63,190 nucleotides of DNA, filler included, from Octopus bimaculoides (GCF_001194135.2; 8 parts of 8 records of this genome joined end to end with filler, not necessarily neighbours in it); one strand, 5' to 3'; positions 1-13,574 are shown, numbered from the whole stretch's first letter. Notes: generated by a model not told the origin, from the sequence alone. Numbers and translations: made by a program.

Positions 1-38
<38 letters not shown>

Positions 39-478
39 CGTTCGTGTGCATGTGTATGTGCATGTGTGCGTGCGTATAATGTAGATAGATACATACATAT
101 GTGCACATCAGTGCGTATAGTTGGCTGTGAATTCCACACACGCACACATACGCAAACATATGCCCATAAATGTGCCAACACAATACACTCACATGCACAC
201 ACACACACACACACACAAACACATTTCACCCGCGCCTACACATCCAACAGCAATAATGAATGCCACACGATATGTTACGCAAAATCAACACAGATTTCTC
301 ACCATTTCACACAATTTCCCATTTATATACCCTCTATTGTATTGTTATTTATAATTTTCCAACCATCCTACGCACATTTAGCTGGAATTTATTAAAAGTA
401 TTACCCAAATATTTAATAATTGTAATAAATATATAAATACATAAATAAAGAAAAGTACTCCGTATATATATATAACTT

Positions 479-531
<53 letters not shown>

Positions 532-1095
532 TATAAAAGTTAATATAAANNNNNNNNNNNNNNNNNNNNNNNNNNNNNNNNNNNNNNNNNNNNNNNNNNN
601 NNNNNNNNNNNNNNNNNNNNNNNNNNNNNNNNNNNNNNNNNNNNNNNNNNNNNNNNNNNNNNNNNNNNNNNNNNNNNNNNNNNNNNNNNNNNNNNNNNNN
701 NNNNNNNNNNNNNNNNNNNNNNNNNNNNNNNNNNNNNNNNNNNNNNNNNNNNNNNNNNNNNNNNNNNNNNNNNNNNNNNNNNNNNNNNNNNNNNNNNNNN
801 NNNNNNNNNNNNNNNNNNNNNNNNNNNNNNNNNNNNNNNNNNNNNNNNNNNNNNNNNNNNNNNNNNNNNNNNNNNNNNNNNNNNNNNNNNNNNNNNNNNN
901 NNNNNNNNNNNNNNNNNNNNNNNNNNNNNNNNNNNNNNNNNNNNNNNNNNNNNNNNNNNNNNNNNNNNNNNNNNNNNNNNNNNNNNNNNNNNNNNNNNNN
1001 NNNNNNNNNNNNNNNNNNNNNNNNNNNNNNNNNNNNNNNNNNNNNNNNNNNNNNNNNNNNNNNNNNNNNNNNNNNNNNNNNNNNNNNNNNNNNAA

Positions 1096-1212
1096 TCTCT
1101 CCGCAGTAAGTATTTTACTGCAAAATATGTATTTATAAAATAGTATAAGACTACAAAAGAATGTATTAGCCAAGTTGCGCATGCGCAGGATGAAAAAGTC
1201 ACTGCGGAGAGA
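1096..1212. repeat. 117-bp segment bounded by a perfect 12-bp inverted repeat, containing an NRF1-type palindrome
   Basis: TCTCTCCGCAGT (1096-1107) / ACTGCGGAGAGA (1201-1212); TGCGCATGCGCA at 1176-1187. Confidence 0.55.
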
Positions 1213-1226
1213 CTTTTTGAATACCT

Positions 1227-1292
<66 letters not shown>

Positions 1293-1352
1293 TATAAAAG
1301 TTAATATAAAGAGCCATGCGCAATGCGATATCATAAAAGAAAAAATATAATC

Positions 1353-1529
1353 GTGACTAAACGCGACTAAGGATGTCAAGACACATACATTGCTAGAAAC
1401 AAGAGCTAAAGTGATCTAATGTTGCAGGAAAAGCACATGAAAGGTGTACATATATGTTCACAGGGGCTGCATTCTTCCGAAACACCGACTCGAGTATGTG
1501 TCTTGGCACCATTGGTCGCGTTTAGTCAC
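1353..1529. mobile_element. MITE-like element with 36-bp terminal inverted repeats
   Basis: 1353-1388 vs reverse complement of 1494-1529: 32/36 identical. Confidence 0.6.
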
Positions 1530-1962
1530 CATATATATATATATATTACATATATACAAAGGAGCACTCCGTCGGTTACGACGACGAAGGTCCCGGCTGA
1601 TACGCTCAACAGAACAGCTTACTCGTGAAATTAACGAGAAGAAGAAAAGGAAGGAAAAGAAGACGAATACATATAGCAACAGCTATGACAACAAACCACC
1701 AAAAACGTTACACTAATCTCAACCTCGATTCACATCTCTGCTGGTACAGGGTCGACAAGGGGTTAAAAAACTTCAATTGCTAAAACTACAGCAACAACAG
1801 TAATAACCCGCCATGTTCTTACAAACATGTCTGCCTTCTTTACACTAATACACACTTTGACCTGCATATTGTAAATATAGGCGATGTAATTGTAATTATT
1901 TAATACGGCGTGTGACCCACTGGTGTTATATTCAACCGAATTAACGCAAGCAACCCAAATAA

Positions 1963-2046
1963 CAACAACAGCAATAATAATCGTGGTGGTGGTGGTGGTG
2001 GTGGTGGTGATGATGATGATGATGATGATGATAATAATAATAATAA

Positions 2047-2088
<42 letters not shown>

Positions 2089-2094
2089 TAATAA

Positions 2095-2175
<81 letters not shown>

Positions 2176-2228
2176 TAATAATGATAATAATAATAATAAT
2201 AATAATAATGATAATAATGATAATAATA
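1963..2228 (+). repeat. compound trinucleotide microsatellite (AAC)/(GGT)/(GAT)/(AAT)
   Basis: direct reading; explains ORFs 1923-2276 and 1941-2261. Confidence 0.95.
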
Positions 2229-2948
2229 TGCCCGGATGCAGTACCAGGCAGTAGCTCTCATGCCTTCTTATCTTAACTGATTGGCAGTGTTATCATTGTT
2301 TTTTTTTTCTTGGTGTAAAAGATGGGTTACAGTAAATATTCTGCTCAATACCACAGATTTGCTTGTCAATTGTTTGACCTTAACCAGTTGAGCATGTCCC
2401 TTGGTGGCTGACGATATGTGCATCTCTGATCACGAGCAGAAGTAGTGGGGGGAGCATCATAGCCATGTGTTGAGAGGAATTCTTTGGGGTTTGAATAATT
2501 CACCTTTGGAAACATGGGTGTTTTGCTCAACATCCTAAANNNNNNNNNNTTGAGCATGTCCCTTGGTGGCTGACGATATGTGCATCTCTGATCACGAGCA
2601 GAAGTAGTGGGGGGAGCATCATAGCCATGTGTTGAGAGGAATTCTTTGGGGTTTGAATAATTCACCTTTGGAAACATGGGTGTTTTGCTCAACATCCTAA
2701 AACAAATCTTATTCAGGGACCTTTTGAGCGGGATGGGCTACTCGACTTGAAGAAAATTCTAACTGGGCCCCACCTGCGAGGTTATGCGCTATTTATCTTG
2801 AAGTGAGATCACCCTGTCGTGCACATATGGTTGTGATGCATGTGCCTGGTGTACCCTTATCAGACGGGTAGTCATGATGGGTATATTGGGCTTCGTATAT
2901 TTTACCCCAGTGTCACTTTGATGGCATGCACTGCTCTCTCACTCAATA
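2229..2948. repeat. interspersed repeat, family F
   Basis: 2710-2948 recurs at 8033-8260 with high identity; both end CTCTCTCACTCAATA followed by an AAT tail or gap. Confidence 0.75.
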
Positions 2949-2958
2949 NNNNNNNNNN

Positions 2959-3100
2959 ACGCAAAACACTTTCAATACAGTAACCATAAGAGCACCACAG
3001 CAAACCACAGCACATACCCAAGGCGCACAAAGCTGCGCTCGGTAGTGAAGTGAAAGCACGTTATAAAAATAAAACTACTGAACAATAATAATAATAATAA
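2959..3100 (+). mobile_element. 3' end of R4/Dong-type LINE with (AAT)n tail
   Basis: nearly identical to 46575-46700, which follows an endonuclease ORF fragment. Confidence 0.8.
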
Positions 3101-4659
3101 TATTTTGCTCTTTTCATATCAATGACCTATTAAAATTAGTTGTATTACAGAAGTGGCTTTGTTGAGTAAGATGACATCTCCCACGTGTAATATAATCTGG
3201 AATTGGTAATTGAAAATGTGAACAAACAACCATGAACATGAAGTCACATCTAACTCAACCCAGCCACCCAACAATCTAACCGAATCACTCAGCCAACCAT
3301 CCTGATAACTAACTTACCAGTCAACTACCCAATCGTATTTATCCCCTCACCCTTCACCAACGAAACGACCGACCATCGAAATCCCCCTGATTATCTAACC
3401 ATCTTCCGAATCAACGAACACCCGTTCATCCAACAATCCACACGTTCACTCAACCATCTGCTCATCCTACACCTAGTCAACCAATCTTATGGAATACTAC
3501 ATAAAATAGATAATTGTACAAAAGTAAAATTAATTCGGAAATATAATTTTTAAAATATTCAAACAAATATGGTTACCTATCGTCAAAGGGGCGATAGTTC
3601 AGCAGATAGGTTGGGACATACCACTACGAATCTGACCACCTGCCACTCATTGTATTGCATTCTTTCGTGAATAATCCTTTAGTTATTTATAGACATTAAC
3701 GCATTTATATTTTTGATCAAAATTCTATTTTGCTAGTATCCTCCTGTTACTCCACTCACCATCGTACAGCCTCAAATTATTACGTGTTTTGTCTTATCTA
3801 TGGTCAGTTGAGTGCTGCTCAATGTCTATCTGACACTTTATCTCGCCTTTAGCCTCAAAACGCGAGCGGGCACTCACTTCAGTGTCTCCTGCTTCATTGA
3901 TGGCAACCACATTCACACATTCTTCCACCTTTCGACAAACAGAAGAAGCAGATGCATGTCATATTTTTTTCCTTGCCCTTTCTTAGATAAATTCTCCAGG
4001 AAATTCAACACCCTCCTTTGTAACACACCTCTGCCACGCCTCCTTCTCTGACTGGTTTCTTTCCACGTCCGTAACCAACCTGTCACTAATAATATGAGCG
4101 AAACTGCTTCTCCCACTTTGAACACCATTTACAAAATTTTCTTTTAGTAAAATATGTGTCTGTAATATTGTTGTTGCTACTGTTGTTCCTGCTGTTACTA
4201 TATGTGTCGCTAGCATTGTTCCCGCTACTGACATTTTCCATAGAAATGTCATTATTTGTTCTTCTCAAAGTTTGTGTGTCTTGCTCTAAAATGTTAATTT
4301 TCATTTATTTTCATTTGTTTTCTTTATTTTGTGTAGCTGTTTTCACTTTCAAAAATTTTCTTTGGTTGATTGTTGTCTGCGTATCTCGTGGCTATATAAA
4401 GCGAATGCAGACAAAATAAAGAAATGTATTCAAAAGTGATTTATTTTGTAAAAAAATTTCTAAGCAGGGAAAAAGAACAGAAATAAATTTCTCACCTTTG
4501 CATGTAACAGATCTACAAGACACAACACAAAACTAAACACTCAGCTGTCAACATCCAATAAATCAACATAGTGTGAATCCAAACGAAAGTTCTACGTGAA
4601 CACGTCTTACAAGAAAAAGGTACTTATTGTTTAAAAACAAGGCAAGCAACTTTTAAAGA

Positions 4660-5015
4660 AGAGAGGATTAGCTGATTACAACGACCCTGATACTTGGCTA
4701 GTACTTTATTTTATCGAGTTCAGAGAGGCGAAAGGCGTAGTTGATTTCGGTTGGATTTGAACTCAGAATGTAAAGAGCCTGAAGAAAGGCTGAAAAGATA
4801 ATTTTATCCGTTGCCCTAACGATTCTGCCAAGCCAACTGATTTAATAAGAATTCTTTATAACTTAGGCACAAGTCCAGTACTTTCGAGAAAAAGCAGTTG
4901 ATCGATTACATTGGCCTTATTACTTAAATAGTACTTTATTTTGTTGACCCTGTATGAATGAAAAGGAAAGGTGATTTCGGAGGGATTTGAACTCAGAATA
5001 TAAAGAGCCAGATCC
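4660..5015 (-). mobile_element. two degenerate SINE family B copies
   Basis: GGATTTGAACTCAGAA and GAAAGG..AAGT motifs shared with 14340-14545 and 50660-50875. Confidence 0.6.
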
Positions 5016-5330
5016 AATGCTTCAAAGTATCTTTTTCTAACGTTCTAAGAATTTTCACAAAGGCCAATACATACAATACAAATCGTATCATACAGAAAAA
5101 CAAAAACTACGAACGTCTCGGAATGTATATCTATCAACACTACATAAAAAAAGTTGCTGATTAATTAGTCGTGATTATGTAACTTTTACTAACAGAAAGC
5201 AATTATTAAAGTACTTACTGTTTAGAAAATTTCAATAATTTCCTATCTTAATATTTTTTTTTCTCAAAATGTGTTTTTTGAAGTTCCTTTTACTATTAAA
5301 GTATTTCAGACGTCTACTGTTTCCAAACAA

Positions 5331-5418
<88 letters not shown>

Positions 5419-5437
5419 GTCTCTCTCTCTCTCTCTC
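5331..5437 (+). repeat. (CT)n microsatellite
   Basis: direct reading. Confidence 0.95.
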
Positions 5438-6297
5438 TTCATTTCTTCTGTGTTTATATATTTGCGATAATTGTTTCTTTTGCTGAAGTTCATATGATGA
5501 CGGGGATAGGAAATATTACTCATCTCTGTGTTTGTATATGGGTTTTAATACTAGAATTTACAAATAGCTATGTTAATGGAAGAGAAATGTCATACAACCA
5601 AATGTGTTATAGCCAACATTAAGATTTTCTATATGATTTTTTCTTCTAGTACATCCCCTAACATTTTTATAATGCCTTAAAAAAAAAGAAAAAAATTCGA
5701 ACATCAGAGATTCTGAGTTTGCAATTTTTGAAAATAAAAAAAATTTTTTTACATAACAAACTAGCAATCAGAATAATCTACATATCATACGAGAAAAAAT
5801 ATATTAATACACAAACACTTTCAATTCAAAGGCAATATATTTATGTACAAGACAAAATATGTTCATGTATAATTATTATACAAAAATGATATTTTTAGAA
5901 CGTTGGGTCTTGAAGCAGGTTAGCTATGAATAATAGCGTGTAAAATCTCCCCTTAGATACAAAGGGTGGAGGGAAGCTTCCTGCAAATATGACAGGTGTT
6001 CTACCATTGTACCAAAGAAACCCTTCGAATTAATTTAAGTATTTTAGAAACTTTATTTTTACCTGAGAGAGTTGTATGTTGTTGACGTCATAAGAAGTTC
6101 TAAACCTAAAGACAATATGGAATAATTCATTTTGGAACGATTCATTTTAAGTTTATAAATTTTTATGATGTCAGTATATAAGAAATATAATGTTACGAAG
6201 GAGAAATAACGTTGTTGATCACGTGACTAATTTGAAGCATGCTGCACGTTTTTCTTTGTTTTCTTCATCTTTGCTGTGAGGTGGACGATTTGAACTG

Positions 6298-6490
6298 GTA
6301 AAGGAACGTGCAGTATCAGTTGGTGACGTAAAGAACGCGTTGTGTGAAGTCGAGGACGTAAAGAACGCGTTGTGTGAAGTTGGTGATATAAAGAATGCGG
6401 AGCATAAAGATGGCGACATAAAGGAACGCTGAGTGTGAAGGTGGCAGCGTAAACAAACAGTAAAAAGACATTCAGTGTGAAGTTGGCTAC
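6298..6490. repeat. degenerate 30-bp minisatellite, about 6 units
   Basis: unit GTAAAGAACGCGTTGTGTGAAGTTGGTGAC at 6298, 6328, 6358, 6388, 6418 and a decayed unit near 6460. Confidence 0.8.
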
Positions 6491-8032
6491 GAAAACAGTT
6501 GGTGTACAGATTCGATGTGACCAGTAGAAGTGAATCCGGGCGACGAAGAACCACGTTACACAAGACATATAGCCGAGTAAGACTATTTCTTCCTCTCAAA
6601 GCAAGTTGGATTGGTGGGCTAGCCTGCGATTTCGCAGCTACTGACTTAGCTGTTGGAGCCGTGTTCGTGTCAGGAGGCCGCATTTTCGCAACAATATTTA
6701 AATGCTTTATATGCTACTTTTTCAATTTTAATCATCAAAGTGGCCACTGAGAACTCTTTCTCTTTTGTTTACACTCTTGTGCCCAACGCATACGCACACA
6801 GAAAATACACACTTTATTTGCCATTAAGGCGACGAACATTTGGGGAAGGATTTCAAGGAATAATCTGAAATCACAGGTGGTAGGATGAAATCGATTTCAA
6901 ATTATCCCTAGTTTCTCACCTTAATCTGAACGTGATTTCATGTTACCTGGAAATCAGCTGAATGAGGGTGAGTGGTAATTTGAAATGGCTATGCCAGCAT
7001 ACTTTAAAAAAAAAACCCCATCAGATGTGAGATTGTATGTATGTCTGTTTGGTATATTATACATCTCAGAATATGCCCACGTGACCTTTCTTCTAGTTTA
7101 AAAAAAAAACAACCACGTCAAGGATGAACTATCTCCGAGTTTGTTTCTAAAAAGATTACGACTGCGTTAAATTTATGGAAGAGATACTTATTGAGAATGG
7201 GAGTACTGTTAGACGGATAAATGATACAAATTAAATTAGATTAGATACAAATTACATTAAATTAGATGTAACGTATCAGAAAAACTACATAAATTGGGAA
7301 TCAAATGTCTAAATATCATTTAACGACTACTTGAATATTAGAATATTAAAGAGGGCAGTCTTTCTGCTAGTGTATGTAATAAATGACAGTAGGAAGTATG
7401 ATTATACGATACGTAAAGATTGGTAAAACACTTTTATATTAAACACATATAATTTAAGCAATTGCAATAAGGGTAACCTACTCACACAAGGATGTGAAGC
7501 TGTCTACAATGTAGGATCAGAAAGCCTCAACGCCTCAGGTCATCATTGGCTCCGATTGCTTGCTGCAAAAATGGGTCCTCAAAAACTACGTTTAAATAAT
7601 TTCGTTTTCTGCCGAGCTGTAAAAAGTCCCACAATCTCTAAGACATTGGCCTTGTTGTTATACCTCTAATGTGATTTTTTAAACCACGTTTCATAAAAAA
7701 ATTCGTTTGTTATTTGTCTCCTTTCCTCCTTCAATCTACACAATATTTGATTTGTCCTTTTTTTAGTCTGATCACTAGAGTCAGTATGCTTCACTTTCCT
7801 GTCGGATCTCCATCAAATTCAGGCACTCTGTGGATTTTTGGCATCTTCCCATAAAGTGCATTTACTCACGATCACTCTATTCTTTTGTTTCCTCTTTCTT
7901 TCTTTGGTTTCCATCTCCAAATACCCTCGCTCACCAATCGCTGCAAGACCATTTTAGTAATTCTGCTACTCATAGTTTCAGGCGGGTTTGTGATAGAAGA
8001 GGAGACATCTTGGCTTCTCAGTTGTCGTCATC

Positions 8033-8257
8033 CCTTTTAAGCGGGATGGGCTACTCCACATGAAGAAAATTCTAACTGGGCCCCACCTGTGAGGTCATGC
8101 GCTGTTTATCTTGATATGAGATCATCATGTCGCGCACATATGGTTGTGATGCATGTGCCTGGTGTACCCTTATCAGACAGGTAGTCATGATGGGAAAAAT
8201 GGGCTTCGTATATTTTATCCCAGTGTCACTTTGATGACATGCACTGCTCTCTCACTC

Positions 8258-8329
<72 letters not shown>
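8033..8329. repeat. family F copy with (AAT)n tail
   Basis: matches 2710-2948. Confidence 0.75.
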
Positions 8330-8373
8330 NNNNNNNNNNNNNNNNNNNNNNNNNNNNNNNNNNNNNNNNNNNN

Positions 8374-8385
8374 TTAATTAATTAA
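8374..8385. other. assembly gap spacer TTAATTAATTAA (not biological)
   Basis: same 12-mer centred in N runs at 8374, 15115, 23201, 32073, 50451, 56912 and 59148; it contains stops in all six frames. Confidence 0.95.
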
Positions 8386-8623
8386 NNNNNNNNNNNNNNN
8401 NNNNNNNNNNNNNNNNNNNNNNNNNNNNNTATGTGTGTGTGCGTCTGTATGTGTGTTTGTGAGTGTTTGTGTAATTTAATGAAGTACACGCTATGTGTCT
8501 CTACACACTATACCTCCCTTTGAAAAAACACCGGACATACTAGTATTTCACAACGCACATTTTCAAAAACGTAATATTGATAACGTTTGCATTATTTAAC
8601 TGCTTCCAACACAAAAGTTGAAA

Positions 8624-8663
<40 letters not shown>

Positions 8664-8888
8664 ATATATGTATATATATATATATATATATATGTAATGC
8701 CTCATAAAAAATCTTCTCAGAAACCTGTTTTAATTGGTTTGAACCCGAGCAACATCCACATGTGCAACACCAACTTTTGCTAAGTACCGAGATGATAAAA
8801 TATTGACAGAGGAATAGGTTTATCCATGTTTCCTCATTTTTGTCCTTTCAGTTATTGTTGTACATATCCTTTACCATTACGTAGATTT

Positions 8889-8920
<32 letters not shown>

Positions 8921-11018
8921 CACACACATACACACACACACACACACACACATACACACACACACATATGTATATATATATGCATGCATGCATATGCTCA
9001 CGCGCGCGAAGACGCTTGTAAGAAAGAATGAAGTTATAGAAAACACGGACAGCTTTTTTCAATGTAGAGAGAGAATTACTAATTTACTAAGTCTATATAT
9101 TTCTGGTATATACATATATATTATTATCCATTTTCCGTACGGAAATGAGTTGTAGAGTTAACGGAGATAACAGATCNNNNNNNNNNNNNNNNNNNNNNNN
9201 NNNNNNNNNNNNNNNNNNNNNNNNNNNNNNNNNNNNNNNNNNNNNNNNNNNNNNNNNNNNNNNNNNNNNNNNNNNNNNNNNNNNNNNNNNNNNNNNNNNN
9301 NNNNNNNNNNNNNNNNNNNNNNNNNNNNNNNNNNNNNNNNNNNNNNNNNNNNNNNNNNNNNNNNNNNNNNNNNNNNNNNNNNNNNNNNNNNNNNNNNNNN
9401 NNNNNNNNNNNNNNNNNNNNNNNNNNNNNNNNNNNNNNNNNNNNNNNNNNNNNNNNNNNNNNNNNNNNNNNNNNNNNNNNNNNNNNNNNNNNNNNNNNNN
9501 NNNNNNNNNNNNNNNNNNNNNNNAATTAAGATTCAGTAGAATTAGGTACTTAAGTTGAACTACCAAGTCAGTCCGGTATTATCTGCACAGCTCGAAGTAA
9601 GGTGAATAAAATCAAAATAAGCAACTGGATATTAAGTAGTAATGCCGTACGACCGTTTCAAGCGGCTCCATTTAATTGAACAATGCAATCATTACGTCAA
9701 GTGAAAGCAATGGCTACGTTTTCGTTGACCAAACAAAATTGTAAGAGCAGACGAAAGCTTCAACATGACGTCAGCCATATCTATCATGACTGTTTCCTAT
9801 CACTTCTCACCCTCTTCAAACATTACTTCTATTGACACATTTCATTCCAAATGAAATGGTCTTAGCTAACATCAGGTGATTCAGAAAGATGACTTTCATT
9901 CACCTAATTATTGCAGACAGTGAGAGTTTACAGACACAACAATTTCGCGACAATATCTGGAACAATCTAAGAGATATAGGTACAGGCATATCTATGTGGT
10001 TAAGATATTCCACATGTAAGTGCCTTGAGCAGTCTTTATAGAAACCACCTAATAATTAATTAAGCACAAGAATGGCTATCAAACTGATTCTGCATAATCT
10101 TCTTTTTTAATGTTTATAGTTGATACATACATACTTTTTAGCTATTTTGTTTATGATGGTGGTGGTGGTGGTGGTGGTGGCGGTGGCGGTGGTAGCAGCA
10201 GCAACAACAACAACAGCAGTAGTTTTACTGTGATTTGCAGCTTGATGTTATTTCCTTATTTACGAAATGGGGTCATCCACATTTCTTTGTAATTTCACAT
10301 ATAGATGTTTATACGGAGGCAAATTATAAGTAAGAAAATAATATTTAAGGCAAAATGATTTTTAACTATAGTTAGCATTTTCTATGCCTGTATCTGTTGT
10401 GTTTTTTATATTTCTATCATGTACGCCAGAAAATTTCATTAGATTTTGTAGTTTAGACAAATGAAAAAAAAAATTCAGTCAAAATGGCGTTGTTTCATTA
10501 AAAGGACACAAAGTAATTGTACCGTTTTGTTTTCAGAGAGACAGGAAGCGCGGCAGAGGGTTGGAGTGATGTCGGTGAGAGGTTTGGAGAGATTTAAAGT
10601 ATAATGTAATAAAAATGAAACGAAATTCTGTTTGTTTTTTTTACTCCATTTTTGTTTTCGGAAAATGAAACAAAACAAGTTTCGCTGAATTTTGTTTTTA
10701 CTTAATTGAACTACTAAAAATAAATGTAATTTTACAGCAATTGTCCTGATGACGTAGATGGTGTAAAAACGAGTAGTCTGTGAAGAAAAAAAAAACACAA
10801 TTCTAAATCGATCCATTTTTTTACAGTGATTTGATTTTCTGTAAAAATTTGACGAAACATGAAATTCTTCCCCGAAAAAGATGAATGATTCAAATCCCTT
10901 TTGTCAATATATAAACATAAGCACACGCACACACACACACGGACGCACGCACGCATGCACACACACACACACACACACACGTGTGTGTGCGAATGTACAT
11001 ATATATATATATGTGCGA

Positions 11019-11114
<96 letters not shown>

Positions 11115-11177
11115 GTATACCTACACACACACACACACATATGTATATATCTGTGTTTGTGTGTTTGTGTGTGTTGT

Positions 11178-11450
11178 GAGGACTCATGGCCTAGTGGCTA
11201 GGGCGTTGCACTCACGATCGCGAGAATGTGGATTCAATTGCTAGACCGGATAGTGCATTTTGTTCTTGAGCGAAACATTTCGCCTCCGTTTGCTCCGTGA
11301 TGACTTTGACACCTGACGCGTGGTACACAGTGCACCTGTTCAAACATTGTCGATTTGATGGTGAGATTGAGCAAGTGTGTGGCACGAGCATTTGATCACT
11401 ATAAACCAATCACTTGTGCAGGTCGTTCGACAAAAGCTGAACGCTCATAC
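11178..11450 (+). mobile_element. tRNA-derived SINE, family A
   Basis: A-box TGGCCTAGTGG, degenerate B-box GATTCAATTGC, then GTTCTTGAGCGAAAC as in 26521-26782. Confidence 0.75.
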
Positions 11451-11491
11451 ATCGCCTTCAACGGGAGAGTCCATCATATGTATGCATATAT

Positions 11492-11534
<43 letters not shown>

Positions 11535-12114
11535 TGTGAGTGTATGTGTATATAAGTATGCATGCATGTATGTATATTATGTATGCGTGTGTAGATTAAG
11601 AACTAGTTGGTTATTAATATATGTGAATGGCTTGTAAGAAAGTTAATGAATTAAGAAGAAATTGCTGTTAACTTTTTTCATTTCCATATCTGAATATTAG
11701 ATATGATGACATCCTACGCTTGACTCTCATTTCAACGGTTTATACAACCAGTGAAATAATTAATAATCGTCCGATATTAAGTACGGTTGTCTCATACAAC
11801 TTGACTTGTAAGAAGTTTTTGAAACATAGTTACCCAATGATAAAATTCTGAAATAAAACGTTGATGTGGAATGGTTAAATCTAATATTTATCTAAATAAT
11901 TAATAGTGATAATGAGAAGATGTTAGTCAGCAAAATTGTCTAATATAACTTTTCTTGTAACCAATTCAAGTGTGTGCACAGAGTTGATAAAATGGATACA
12001 ACACATCCCTTAGCCATATACACTCATAGGGTAGGTTTCTTGGAGTCTGTGTTGCATATATTTGCTCTTTGAGAGCAATCTGGTGCCTCGCAAGAATACT
12101 CAATTTTGCCAGAT

Positions 12115-12245
12115 ACGTGGACTAGAGCAAGGTGAAATGAAGTGTTTCGTTCAAGAACACAAACCCTCGCCCGGTCGAAGAATCAAAACCACAATCTTAC
12201 GGTCATGAGGCCTATGCTCTAACCATTAAACACGAGCCTCCACAA
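12115..12245 (-). mobile_element. SINE family A head, degenerate
   Basis: reverse complement of the A head (GTGTTCTTGAACGAAACACTTCATTTCACCTTGCTC). Confidence 0.6.
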
Positions 12246-13384
12246 CGAACACTGAGTGGTTGAAAACTAAATTAATATTTGCTGCTATCGTTATACAAAC
12301 GTCTGTCTTAATGTTTTATGCAATGAATGGAATAACGTATTAAGCTCTATTATTGTATGCAAAGCTTCTTTTTACAGAAGAGTGAAATATGGGCACCTAG
12401 TAGTAAGTGTTCGGGATATGTTGGAATTGGAAGCGATGTATTTGAAATCTTGTGCTATCACCTCGATACAACTGGGAACTTAATGAACATCTAGTGTCTG
12501 GAGAAGCGTGAACCCATCTTTAAGTTGTATCCACGAAAATATAAAAGGCCGCCACAGAAGGATCATCGATTTTAGATACCGCGGTAAAATCATTTTTCAA
12601 ACAAGAGTATTGTGCAGTTGAGAGATATTTGGTCTTGAAATACATAAAATATAAGTCCTAACGTAGGATATCAACGTAATGACGAGAACAGCTACTGATA
12701 ACCCTCCTACAACTTAGTACGATATATTTATAAAAACATTTGAAGAAACCTTTTGACGTGTTGCATTCAGGCAAAATATTAAAAATTAAAGTTATATAAT
12801 TAATTCAAAGACTTTCTTAATCTCTTTCACTTTTCTATTTTCTATGTTATAATATTAATCTTTCTAATTAAATATAAATTTTTTTGCCGTTATTCTTCAT
12901 GTAGTTGTAATCGATATACAGACTCAGCAACATAATGTTAGAGAGAGATCAGAAGCAACTAAGCAACAAAGAAAAGAAAAGAGAAAAGCGAATGTGTGTG
13001 GGTTGGCAATGTATACATAAGACAGGTCAAACATTGATTATATTATATCATAAAGACATCAAATTTAGAAATAGATTGCGAATACATAACAATAAGAACA
13101 GCAACCATAGCAAGGGCACATAAATTTAGCAAAACAAATAAAAAGACAACAAAAAGTATGAAATAAAAGTTGTCTATTTAATAATAACAAGAACAATAGA
13201 AGTAGCTGAAACAACAGAAAGAACCACTGAAACAACATTACCATCTTCAGCACAATTGTTGTCAGATGTTAAAGATTAGGAGAATCATTGGAGTGTCTGA
13301 AAAATATCTTGCAGTATACTCCGGCTGTTTACATACTGAGTTCAAAATCCGTTGGAGTCAAATTTGCCTTTTGTTTACAAGGGC

Positions 13385-13422
<38 letters not shown>

Positions 13423-13574
13423 GCGCGCATATATAATTAGTTCTCCCGTTGAACACGACGCATCAGCGTTCAGCATTTGCCGAACAACCTACACAAATGA
13501 CTTGATTATAGCGATCAAATGTTCGTGCCACACATTAGCACACCTCCTCCATATAATTGATTTTATCTGAACAG

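Noticed and set aside
2388-2700. Direct duplication of about 130 bp
   Set aside because: Identical copies on both sides of a 10-N gap indicate unmerged contig overlap. The same pattern occurs near 39400-39500, 45416-45550, 51708-51837 and 461-549/1230-1310.
3240-3490. C/A-rich quasi-periodic stretch
   Set aside because: Consistent with a decayed (AACC/ATCC)n microsatellite.
3812-3930. Minus-strand peptide VVAINEAG resembling an FN3/Ig strand
   Set aside because: An in-frame stop lies just upstream, the acceptor is weak, and no other domain residues are present.
7480-7570. Minus-strand segment with TTTTGCAG acceptor and GTGAGT donor
   Set aside because: All three frames contain stops; at most a non-coding exon, without supporting evidence.
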